Positions 43,762-55,600 of a stretch of 64,000 bases of DNA are shown one piece after another. The translations under genes were made by a program, and so were the position numbers. Each line of letters opens with the position of its first letter. The first letter of the stretch is position 1. The notes under the pieces are model-generated. The model had not been told where the DNA came from. It did no database searches and was given only the letters and a program-made list of their open reading frames with translations. This DNA comes from Klebsormidium nitens (taxonomy: Eukaryota > Plantae > Klebsormidiophyceae), in the NCBI GenBank assembly GCA_000708835.1, contig DF237456.1, forward strand, positions 2,950 to 66,949. Reading direction: 5' to 3'.

Positions 43762-45762
43762 TTGCGCCAGCTTCGGAAGGCAGAAGGGCCGGACAGGGCC
43801 GCGAATCAGAGGCAAGAGGTGGCTATGGAGGGCGCTGTGCCACCTTGCCAGCAGCTCCCGCTCGCGCCAGTCATCCCCCAGCATCTCTCACAGGTTAGCA
43901 TTTCATCGTTGCCAGAGGTGCTCCTGCACAGCATCATAGCCTCCACTAGCAGTCTTCTGGACAGGAATAACGTGGCGCTAACATGCAAGGGATTCCGGGA
44001 CGTGGAGCGTGCTACAAGGGTGACACTACGAGTGCGGCAGTCCCCCCCAAAGTTCCTGCCAAAGTTAGGGTTTGCAGGGTTCCGGAATGTAACTGAGCTT
44101 GACCTGTCCGCCTTGGACCTGAGAGCCCATGAGCGTGCTGACTTCGGGTTTTCGAATAAGCATAGGGAGACTGTCGCAAGGGTTCTTAGAGAGGGTCTGC
44201 CCAACGTGAAGTCGCTCAGGGTGCGCCAAGAATCCTTCATGACGAGGTGTGCTGTCCAAGCTTGGCCCTGCATGGAAAAGCTTGAGATCCAGGAGTGTCC
44301 AAGAGGTACCGAGGATCCTTTCTGGATAGACCTTGATTGGGTGCATGTACTAGGCAAGCTGAGTTGCCTGGTGGAGCTCTCATTTATTCCCAAACCTTGG
44401 GCAAAAGGCATAAGGAGTATAAGGGAGCCTTTTGAGGGTTTCATTGTGAGTCTAGGACAGTCACCCAGGCAGTACCCGTCTCTCACTGCGCTCCGAAGCT
44501 GCTTCTTTGCAACAGACAAGGTGCTTTCAGTCATTGGGAAGGCGATGCCGAACCTCACTTCTCTGGACCTGATCAACAACCTGCTGGATGTCTACTATAA
44601 TGGCAATGCCATACTGACGAACGAGGGTATAAAGCACCTGAGCACTGATTACCCGCTTCTGACGGAATTGAAAATTGGTGGGGATGTTCCTTCACACACG
44701 GCGCTGGACTTAAAGGCAGTTAATCTAGACGTAGTTGGCAAAACGGCTTTGCGGGCTTTTTGCCAATCTCAATTGAGCTCGCTGTGCTTGGAAGGACCTA
44801 TGTCTTTGCAACTTGGCGTGATGGTGGACCATTTGATTTCTAGCCGACAGAAGAAGCTACATCTTCATTGGTCGGGCTGGCGTTTAGAGGAGTCCAAGGA
44901 TTCTGAGAAACTGAGTAGTGTGACGAATCTGACGGATGTGTCCCTTGGATACTTAGCTGAGAAAGAAGTGAACTTGGAGAGGCTTAGAGAGTTGGTGCTC
45001 ACAAACAAACGTCTGTCGCAACTGGAGCTTGTAATTCATCCAGGGGGCTATTGGAGAAACTCCTTATGGAGGGACACCTTGGGGTTTGTAGTCACGAATG
45101 CAAGGAGCCTGGTTTCGTTCACTTTCGCATCGGATACAAGTGGGCCAACCATCCTAGAAGTAGTGTCGAAGTTGTCGCCTGCGCGAATGCGGTTACAGGC
45201 TTTGAAGCTGCGACTGTGGGGCGTAGGGGTCGTCGTGCACAGTCAAGAAGACTGGCCAGCATTGAGAAATCTGAGCTTGGAGTTCCATGATGATTGCATT
45301 GAGCAGCAAAACCTGGGGTGCTGGCTGCAGACTTGTTCCGACTTGACCAGTCTCAGATACCAGTGCATCACAAGGTCGTTGAGCAAATACTCCGCTCTGC
45401 CTTTCCTGGTCAGTCTGCAAAGCCTTCGCCATCTCGAGGTGGGGACGTTTACTACCAATAAGTGCATCGAACATATATTGGTCCTTCCACAGTTGAGGAG
45501 CATCGTCCTTTGTGATCCATTCGATAGAGTTCCAAAGAAGTTTGGTGACCTGCGTAGACACCCTAACTTGCAGAGCATAGCACTCAAGTGCGACTTGACC
45601 TTTGAAAATTTCTCCCCTTACTCGGATCATGTAGAGAAATCAAAGATAGCTCCTCTTTTGGAGCCTCTTCTAGAGAGCAAGAGTTTGCAGCAAGTGAAGA
45701 GCAACTTCGACATTCTAAATCTGAGCAGCGAATTTAGGAGAAGATTGTACGTTGCGCCGTGA
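43762..45762 (+). CDS. Intronless F-box/LRR protein, MAX2/D3-like
   Basis: 666-aa uninterrupted ORF (true start may be the later MEGAVP). F-box ISSLPEVLLHSII...DRNNVALTCKGFRDVERATRVTLRVR, FRNVTELDLS, then degenerate LRRs. Confidence 0.7.
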   Translation: MRQLRKAEGPDRAANQRQEVAMEGAVPPCQQLPLAPVIPQHLSQVSISSLPEVLLHSIIASTSSLLDRNNVALTCKGFRDVERATRVTLRVRQSPPKFLPKLGFAGFRNVTELDLSALDLRAHERADFGFSNKHRETVARVLREGLPNVKSLRVRQESFMTRCAVQAWPCMEKLEIQECPRGTEDPFWIDLDWVHVLGKLSCLVELSFIPKPWAKGIRSIREPFEGFIVSLGQSPRQYPSLTALRSCFFATDKVLSVIGKAMPNLTSLDLINNLLDVYYNGNAILTNEGIKHLSTDYPLLTELKIGGDVPSHTALDLKAVNLDVVGKTALRAFCQSQLSSLCLEGPMSLQLGVMVDHLISSRQKKLHLHWSGWRLEESKDSEKLSSVTNLTDVSLGYLAEKEVNLERLRELVLTNKRLSQLELVIHPGGYWRNSLWRDTLGFVVTNARSLVSFTFASDTSGPTILEVVSKLSPARMRLQALKLRLWGVGVVVHSQEDWPALRNLSLEFHDDCIEQQNLGCWLQTCSDLTSLRYQCITRSLSKYSALPFLVSLQSLRHLEVGTFTTNKCIEHILVLPQLRSIVLCDPFDRVPKKFGDLRRHPNLQSIALKCDLTFENFSPYSDHVEKSKIAPLLEPLLESKSLQQVKSNFDILNLSSEFRRRLYVAP

Positions 45763-46606
45763 CAAAAAAAACTGAATGCTGACCCTTGTAGGTTGCAAGG
45801 CTGTGAGTTCAGTCCTTTTAATGATTGTTCCTACCTTCTGTCAACGACATTCAAACACATGCATGTGGTTGAGCAGATTGCCCGGCGACATGGTTGACTC
45901 TCCCGCGCCTTAGTACCTTTAGTGTGACAATTTTTAAAACATTAAACTGCCCGCGTGCCTATCATGAGAGCATGGGATCATGAGCGCCGGGTACCCTGGC
46001 CGGCTCTTCGAAGATCAAGTGACCTAGATCTCATGCACACATGAACATCGCATGGAAAGCAATCGCGCCATCTTGAGCTCCAGGATTGAACATGCAGATC
46101 GTATGCAAAGGCGCCATCGCGCGCATGTCACATGCATATATGCAATATATGAGCTAGCACAAATCTTTCACAAATTGACCAATAAAAGCTGCCGCAAGTC
46201 CTGAGCGGCAAAGCTAGTGCGGCCTTGGCCGCCTATAGCTCAATCTTATACGTACTGTGTAGGTATTAGATCTAATCATCTATGCGATACAGTAACGGCT
46301 TACTCTGTTGAACTGAGAGACCTGCAGAGAGTCCGGCTCCTCCGATTTGTCAATTTGTGTCGATCATCTTATTCTAATATAACATACTTTGGATGATCTG
46401 CGCTGACATGTACATATGCTGCTTAATGCATGGCCGGACTCAATCAGCCATGCATACATGCAATCGAGTTGCATGCTACTCCAAATATTCATAACGTCAT
46501 GTATAGTTGAAGCGGAATGTTTTCTGTCAGCCCCGAGGGACAGATATTCATGTTGAATGGTCATCACAGCGCAGGAAGTTGCTCGAATCTTTTGCATCAC
46601 AGGACT

Positions 46607-49600
46607 TTAAACCTCGTCCCACTCATGACTTCCAAAACGTACGCCGTAGCATGTTCTGTGCATCAGAGCTCTCGCCAACTCGTCTGAGAGGTCTACGTCT
46701 AAGAGGTGCGGGCGGACTGCCCTGTCACTCCTTCGCAGACCCTCTTCGCTATGCTGTCTCTCCGCCTCAAGAGTGAGCATCTTTCCAAGAAAGCCTGAGT
46801 ACTCAACATGTGCCATCTGACAGTTGAGGCCCGCAATGCGCCGCGCCGCTGCCTCGCGGTGAGAAAACTCCCGCAAACTATCATCGACGGTTCTCCTGTT
46901 CGCAAAAGTACAGCGATTGATAAGAGCGGACAGAAATCACCCTCCAAGGACTTGCGAATGCCTCCAGATCACGAACCAAGACCAACAGGACAGAAGCGGA
47001 ACTCATTCCGACTCCTCACTGCTCAAGAACAGACGACATCAGTCTTCTGAAAGCAAGCCTTCTGTCCTCCCCTCTCTTACTCACACTCTATATTCGTCGT
47101 CTACGCACCCAGTGGATGACTCTAAGCACTCAACGTATGACGCAGCAAGGACATCAAACCCAAACGCCGTGGAGTAGGGTCGCCTATCGTCCTTTCTGTA
47201 CACAGGAGTGTCCTTTGAACTTGAGCATGCCAAAAAGAAGAGCAGGTCGCTAAAGCGGACAGCCGATGTCTAACCTGACTCACCTTTCTAGCTTTTGCTG
47301 CTCCGCGGTTGCTCCCGTGCGCAAACGCAGCCACGCGCGCTCCCCGGCCCCCCCTCTTCCCGATAGGAAGCCGCACAGCGCCGCCTCGTCACCTGCTGCG
47401 GCCAACAGCTGCCGGCCCCCCGGCTCTAGTTCTCCCTCGCTCTTCGCCCCGGGTACAGTCACGATGCTGTTCAACTCCACGTCAGAAGCGCCCCCTTTTG
47501 GACCAACTGCACCGTGACACGTGTCCAATTTCCAGCGTAGGCTCGCGTAAGCCAGGCAGGCCGCTGCCTGCCGAGGCACCCCGAGATCCAGCTCGTCGCA
47601 GGGGGGGGCGTCCGCTGCAGTTTCACCCCCCCCGGACTGGGACATGAGCTCGCTGGCCGATAAGTCGTCTGCCAGGCCCCATACGGCAGCGGCGGTTGTT
47701 ACCGCCTCTCGAGACTCTGCTGACACCAGCACGCGCATCTCGTCTCGTCGAAGTGGCTCGATCTCCGCCAGTCGCTGCTCAGCTAAAGACGGATAGTCAG
47801 GATCACTGGGCATTTCGGACTTTGCCGGCGGCGCTTCGCTCGCGCCCGCGACTCCGACGCTAGCTTCGGCTGCATCAACCGGCGCATCGGAAGGAGCACA
47901 ATCCGCAACAGGCTGGTTACATTCGGCTTGCCAAATCAGCCCGCCGGCGTTTCTCGACGCCTGCGGTTCCGGCGGAAGAGCATCCCTCGCCGCAGCAACC
48001 CGCACGCCCCCCACGATTACGGCAGCAACGCCCTTCGGCTGGGAGCACCGTTCGACCGGACACTCGACTTTGATCGAAGATCCCCCTCCAGATGCACCGA
48101 CTCTTGCCCCTTCTGCCCCTCCGTCGGATTTACCCCCCTGCCTGTTTTGTGGTGCTGTCTGCTCAATGAGGCCCTCCCGCAATTCCTCCTCAATACCCGG
48201 GTGCCCCTCCGTCGGCCCAGTCCCTGCTCGCCCGCTTCGCGCCTCATCTTCGGGTCCCGGCATCTCTACCCGTACGTCAGGCCCCCCTGTTTCTCCTGGC
48301 TCTCGCTCTCCCCTGGGAGTTTCGTCTCCTTTTGCGGCGCTCATAATGGACACATCCACTGGGTCCCCCGGCAACTGCTCCTCTTTCTTCCACTTGCTCG
48401 CCAGCCGCTTCCCTACGTCTCCCCTTTCCGCAGATCGCTCTTCTTTCCCTTTCCCTCCTGCAGACGGCTCTTTCACCGGCCCTCCTTCTGCCCTCGTCTG
48501 CTCGTCCCCACCGTCTGGTTCCTCCTCTCCTCTCGGACCACCCCCAAGCCGCGCCTCTCCTTCTCTACCTCTTCCCGCAAAATTCACTTCCATTCCCTCT
48601 TTTGGCGGCCCTTCTGGCGCCCCTCTTCCAGCAACGCTCCGCCTAACTTCGTCCTCCCTTCCCTCCAAACAATCGGCACAGAACCAGTCCCCCTCCGGGA
48701 CCTCCGCCAAGGGGGGGTCCGCGCAGTACATGTGGAGGGCCCCCTGGCACCCCCCCCCATCACACAGCAGCATCGCGTCTTCCCCATCTGTGCTGCCGCA
48801 GACCCCGCAAGCTTGATCGACCTGAGACTCTTCCAAAGCTTGAGCTAAACTCTCCGTACGTCCGGTAATCGCCTCAGGCTCCGGAGCTGGACCGTCCGCC
48901 GGCGTGACGTCACAGGGCCCTCCGCTGACGTCATCGTCCTCCTCGATCGCCCGCCGGCGGCCCCTGCGCCCCTTCCGCGCCCCAGGCACGTGTGTATTTT
49001 CCAATAGAACCCCAGCCTCGTTACCGCAAAACGACAGCCTCCCAATCGGAACGTCCTCCAGATCGTCGAGCAACGCCCCGTCTCCGAAAATTTCCCCAAC
49101 CTCGTTCTCCGTTTCTGCTGACCTTCGCGCAGCCCGCTTGGCCTCCCGCGCAAGCCGCCGCCTCTCCGCTACCTCCGCCTTCTCCGTGGCTTTTGCCGCC
49201 GCTTTCGCCTCCTGAATCTCTTTCCGGATGCGCGCCGCAGACGCCTCTTCAGCGTCCAAAACCCCGTAAACCCTCGCCGCCAGAACGGCGGCCGCCCGTT
49301 CCGCGACTTGCGCCGCCCGCAGGGTTTGGAGGGTTTGGTGGGCGTCAACGGCGGCCGCCAGCTGGCAGGGCAGTGCCACGTCAGCGAGCGCGGGCAGGGA
49401 CCGGTGCCCCGCGTCTAGTTGCAGCTCACGGACCGTACTCGTCGGCCACAGACTACGCGGATGCGTAGGTCGTGGACACGTGTCCCGCTCAGGATGACCG
49501 TTTTCGCTCGAGCTGCCCACTCTCTGGACCGCCGTTTGGGCCTCCAACCCCATGCTTGCAACCCCGACCGTCCGTTTTGGAGCTTCCGCAACGCTCTTGA

Positions 49601-52600
49601 GTTCATCCGTCCTTCTGTGAACGCCCGCCGACGCATCTCTTTTGGCAGTTCCACCAACGGGGGGATCTGGGAGCGCCGCTGTCGCGTGCACGTCCGTCGG
49701 CGTCGGCTCCCGGGACCACAGCTGCGCTTGGAGGAGCACCTTGCGCATGTCGCCTTTGGTTACGCGGACTAACCGCTCCATAACCCAGGGGTCGACCGGA
49801 GAGCCTTCGGAGGCCGCGACCTGGCGGAGGAGAACAAAATGATGTTTGCCAAAGACATTTGCAAGCTAGGACCAAGGCTCGGATAAAGTCTCTGGCTTTG
49901 CGGAGCATCACCATAGTTGAGGGTAGGTAGGACGCTTGCGGGGTCGCCAAGAACTATAAGCCGCTCTTGTTCCGCAGCTTGCAGCGATTGCAGCAAGAAT
50001 GTTCCAATTTTGTGGTTTCGCGTGCTCTTAACAAATCGATTCGGCTTCTGGCTGAGCTGCAGAGGTTGGCCCGGAGTCTCCGCCCGGGCACTCGGATTCA
50101 GCAGGATACGTTAGCCGGGTGTAATGATCCGAGCACACATGAGCAGCGCGGCTGTTCAACGGATTCGGTGCAGCACACGATACGCAGCAACATTTTGCGG
50201 ACAGAGGTGATGCGATCTGCAGCATTACCGCCCTTGCGGTGCTCCACATTCAACGTTCGAGTGTGCAAAGGTGTCGCACATGCGAACAGCAGGAAAGTGC
50301 GCGCGCTTCCCTTACCAGGCAGCCGTGCACCGTCAGATCCAACACCGGCGGCGCAGCGAAGTCGACGGAGAGCTTGCGGAAGTCACATCCGGGAGGGATC
50401 TCAAGCGAGTCTGGAAAGAGAACACGAATGTGAGCTCAAAGTCAACTTCAGATTCTCAGAATATGAAACCAAGCTGCGTAAGCTGTCCCTTTCAACGATA
50501 AAGCAAGGCCGGGGCCTATGAAGTAGCTGAAAAGGGTGCTTCATTACCGGCCCGGCCGACGGGAAACCTTTCAGCATACCCAGGACAATAGACGGAAAGC
50601 AGCCAAGGACAACAGACGTACAGCAGTCGACAATCAAACAACCATTGGACTCAACCTGATCAGAAGCTGTCTGCAGCATACAGGGGAAGCTTAGCCAAAC
50701 TTCACTAAAGTGATTCGTTGCAATTGGGCTGTGTTTCAAAGGCCTTCTGCTCAAAGTGCTGTTGACGAACACTTTCCAGGGCAAACAATTTTTTGGCAGC
50801 GCCCAAAGCGTTTTGGAAACTCAAGAAGCCGGGGTTCGAAGATCGTACCATTGCACGTGAGGATCATCGGCCGCTTCGTGCTCGCCGCCAGCGTGGCAAT
50901 CGCCGACAGGAACCCCTTGTCCTCCTCAAACTGCTGCTCCACCTCCTCGAACAGCAACAAAGCCTTGCTGCTGCCGGATCCCCCTTTCGACGGGCCCTTT
51001 CCCCCCACATCTGCGTTAACCCCCGCCGGAACAGGGCCTCCTCCTTTTATTGCAGCCGTGCCCTTCGCTCCTTTGTCCATGCTCGATCGCCTCTTCCCAA
51101 CCCTCTTTCGCACGGGCCCTTTTTCGGCCGTGTCAATCTCGACCAAAACAGGGCCTCCCGGAACGACGCTCAGAGGGCCCTGTTCTCCGTCTGGCGAGCA
51201 GGGCCTTGTGCGGACCTTCGACAGCACCGCCGGGCTCCCGAAGCTGCGGCGCTTCTTCACGGGGGGCGACCCTTCCGAGAGCTTCCCGCTTCTTCTCCTT
51301 CGGACGCCGTCCGGTTTCCGCTTCCGCCCGTCGGAATCCGTAGGGACACCAGCGGAGATACCAGCGGCTATCGGCTCCGCTTCGATCGCATCGTTGCCGG
51401 TGTGCCCAGCAATTTCCGATTCCTCTGCCATTCCGGGTCTATCATCCGCGGCCGTCGTGACATTTGCTACCTGCCTGCCTCCTCTCTTAACCTCATCGCC
51501 TATAGCCCCGTCTGCCAGCCTATCTGCAAATACCGACGCCCCGGCAACTTTGCCCCCTGGCGCACTCTCCTTACCCGTCTCTCCTCTTTGCCTACGCTGA
51601 TACGCCGGAGGAAACGCTCCAGACTCCGCTGCGGCTTTCTCTCCTTTCGGCACATCTCGCTCCTCATTCGGCTCCGCTGAAGCCTCCTCTAGTTGTTCCT
51701 TCGCCAGTCCCCCATCTCCACTCATTGGCACAGGGATCCCCCGCTCGACGCCGGTTGCCGGAACATTGCTTCCGCCCCCGTCAGGCCCCGCGTCTCTCGT
51801 CCCATTTGGACTTGCGCCTTCTGCTGCGGGTGCCCCCGCCACGTCAGCATCTTCCAGAGTCCCATCTGCTACCACGTGTCCACCTTCAGCCGCCCGCTGG
51901 GCTGCCACGTGTCTCCCTTGGGACGTCTGCTCAGGGGCCTCTGCAATTCCCTCGGACTCGCTCTTCCCAAGCCCCACAAAAGCGACCGTCTTCCGCCGTT
52001 TGCGCGGCCGCTTCGCTCCCCCCAACTCCCCAACCCCGGCTTCCGTTCCATTCGCCGCCTCCTCAACCCTCCCGGTTTGAAATTGCGGCTCAGCATCGAC
52101 CACCGGGTTCTCTCCACCGGTCGCATTCTGGGCAAACTTCCCTTTTCTTCGACGCTTGCGACCCTTCCCCCGTGCACCAAAACTACCGCTGCTTTCCGAA
52201 CCCACAAATGCGCTGACCTCCGAGTCGCTTAACCCTGCTCTTCCGTTGCTAGCGGCAAAAGGACCGCCAGTGACGTTCGGCCGCTTTCTGGTGTTCCTCT
52301 TCGCAGTCGCCGCCTTGGGCTGGCGAGCAACGGCCGTTGCGGTGGCGGACTTGCGCAAGGTCTCGAGGAGCGCGTTTGAAATTTTGGCGGGGTCAGTCTT
52401 CCCCGCAAGTGCAACGTTCCTGCGCGCAAAATGGACAGGCTGTCAGCAAAGAGCATGACTCTCGGGGAAGGCGAGAGAGGGATGCTGGCTTGGCTGCAAA
52501 CTGAGGAGAAAGCTTTTTGTTCAAATGAAAAAAGGGTCAAAGGTCGCCTTCAAGCGAGCTTCTTGGCCTGTGGCCGAAAACAATACAACATACGTCGTCT

Positions 52601-55600
52601 GCCCAGCAGCTCTTCTCAAGCAAATTGCGGAAGAGGGGCGGGATCAAAGCCACAATGTTCAGAACGGAGTTCAGACCGTGGGAAGGCAATATATCGATTG
52701 TGCTGACACACACCTACGCGGCAAGAAAGCCGAGCTTGAGAACGACAAGAGCTGCATGTGAGCAGATCAGATGCGATCGCGTTGGCACCTCTTTCCAACC
52801 GTTTCAAGGCACCGGGTCAGTCATTGCCAAACTCGGTTGAGAAACGCTTACCCTTTTATGAGTCCCTTCGACTCTGTGGCCTCTCCGAAGCGTTGCAGGA
52901 TGGTGGCTCGGCTGCGCTTCTCGGACGGGTTGCTCTGCAAACGTCACATACATTATGCGCAGAGCTTCAGAATCCTCTCAAACCTTTATTTTTGAATCTT
53001 CCATAATGGCAGGGTCCTCATCAGGCCAGATCCGACTCTTGAAGCCTCCCGACAGGATTGCTGCGATCTCAACTGAAAGCGAAGACAACGGCAGAGCTTT
53101 CAATGTAGCACGACTGCGAGCCTTTTGTTGATCCCTATTACTCGGGGACGCCACATCAGCTCCAATCGATTTACAAGAACGATGCAATGAATAGGTTTAT
53201 CATCCGACCTGGAGACATTTCGGCGTCTGGCTGTTCGAGCGACTTCGCATCAGCAGAGAACTCGTCGTTAGTAATTGAGGAGCAATTGCGACCGCTTACC
53301 TCCAAAATGTGGAACTCGAGCTCCTCAGCCAGTGCGTACACAGTTGCCGTTTTTCCGACCTGCGTGTGAGAGACAATCATTATTCAGCGCCTTCAAAGAT
53401 CTTCAAAGCCGGCTCATCCATTTCGAGGCTGCCGACGGATTTGGTCCCCTCCTCAGGCGTTCTTTTGAGTATCAATGATATCCAACATATTAATCCGTAC
53501 CAATCAACCCCGCTTCATGCTGTGAAGAGAAACGCGACCGTTGACAGCCGAGCAACATCGAAGGCGGACACGGACTGGATCTGTTATGCCCGAGTGGCCA
53601 GCCCACCGAACTATAACCTTACTCAAGTCGGAGAACTTTTGCAGAAGGTAAAGCATCCCTTCACAAGGTCCGAACGAGGCGCACGTCAGCTTGCCAAACG
53701 AAAGCAGCAATCACATCGAAACTACCGTTACGGCGTTCTTAAGCGTCTGATATTCTTTCTGACGTACATATGCAAACTTCATGTGAAGAAGCTCACGGCC
53801 CGGGAACTAGGAGCAGAAATTTTGCGAGCCCGCTCCACGACACAGAAACCCGTAAATCGAAGTCCTCGCAACAGCTAGATCAGAGACTTGCAACTTGACC
53901 GGTGTTGAAAAGTCACCCCATGGATCTGCTCTGGGAAGCCCGAACTCGAATCTTCACAACGCCAGAGCATAAAGAAGCAACTAGAACGAGGAAGCTGGCA
54001 GAATGGTGTGGAAAAGTCACCCTCGTGGGTGCGCTCAGGAGCAGCGCGTTCGCGAGCCTATTCTCATCATCTCTTGTCTTTCTTGGAAGCCGAAGATCGA
54101 AGACCTCACAATGTCAGTTCAGAAAGACGCAACGAGAACGGAAAAGCTGGCAATCAGTAGAAAAGACTCACCCATCCTCATCGTCTCTCGTTTTTCTCGG
54201 AAGCCCGGGATCGAAGACCGGACAACACTTGAAAAATACAGGCAACAAAAATCGGAAACTGTAAGCATGTGTCCGGAAATTACCCCTGTGGGTCCGCTCA
54301 AGAGGAGCACGTTCGCGAGCCCATCCTCATCGTCCCTCAGATCGCTGTCGCTCGCCCCTCCGCTGACGAGCCAGTCGCTGCTCTCCTCCGACGCCTGCCA
54401 CTTCTTGGCGGACGCCTTGGGCTTCGGGGGCGGCGGTGACGTCAGCAGCTTCTTCCTCTGCTCGCGCGCAATCCTGGCCGTCCATTCGGCGAGCCAGTCG
54501 CGGATGAAGGTCACACCGTCGGGGTTCCCGCAGACCTGCAAGATGGGTTTTTAGAATAGTACGATAATTGGTTCTTATGGTGTGTCGCAATAAAGTGGAA
54601 AGCCAGAATGCACGAGCTACGTTGGGACATGTCCCAACGTTTCTGGACTGGCCAAGCCTTTTGTCCCAAGATCAGATTTTAGGACCTTTGGTGTCAGGTG
54701 AAATGGTCGGAGAAGCCTAGATCATCAGAACCATCACAGCAGGGGAAGAGACACCTGGCAATATAACTTGGGCAGCTAAGTTGCTAATCTTTCTTAACAA
54801 GACTTCGGTTGAACAGTGGCCCACCTCTTGGCTTGACAAAGGCCGGTACTTGTAACACCACAGCGCATCCGTCAGGGGCGCTCCGCTGACGTCCGGGCTG
54901 ACGCTCTCAGGGCCGAGCTCTGCCTCGTCTGGCTGCGCCTGAACTGCTCGCGCCTTGTACCACTCAAATCTGCAAGACGTTGAGCCCTTGTTGGATCGTA
55001 TCGAACAATGTGTATCAGTTGTATCGTCTCGTATGCCAATCAATGTGGTGGCCACGATGTCGGGAATGGGACGTGCTTTGGCGCATGTCACTTCAATTTA
55101 GGTAAAGTAAGCTCTTGGTATAGTAAGCTCCCAGCCTAACACTAAAAACCTAACCCTCAAAATCACCCGCTCCGCACCCGAACCCACCCTAACCCCCACC
55201 CTAACCCCACCCGTCCCAAGCTGCTTGGCTTACTTTACCTGAAGCTTACTTTACCTAGACGCTTCAGTAAGATTGCGCGACCCCGCGGCCGTCAATCTCG
55301 AGTTGGCCCTCACTCTCAGCGGCGTTTGCTCAAGCTTTCAATCAACAAGCACGCAGCGTTCCCAACCTGATCGGAAATCTTTGGGAGCCAGTCGACAAGA
55401 GGTTTCAGAAGCTTGATTCGGCAAACGTACCACTATCATGTTCACTGTTTGCACTCCGCAATGAAGAGATGCAAGTGGGGACGAACATAAACGTATATCC
55501 ACAAAATCCGAAAAATATATTTTTTTGTTTTTGCCACTCTAAACATTTTGACTTCCATCCAAAGACGGCTTCTTAAGCCAGCAAGCACCAATGATCTCCG

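Noticed and set aside
45900-46600. CATG/ATGCAT-rich stretch between convergent genes (similar at 3430-4050)
   Set aside because: No repeat unit or ORF; consistent with ordinary 3' UTR or terminator composition.
47928-52232. Several long plus-strand ORFs (306, 296, 295, 248 aa)
   Set aside because: Antisense shadows of the GC-rich ATAD5 exons, with Ser/Pro-rich composition typical of reverse-strand reads.
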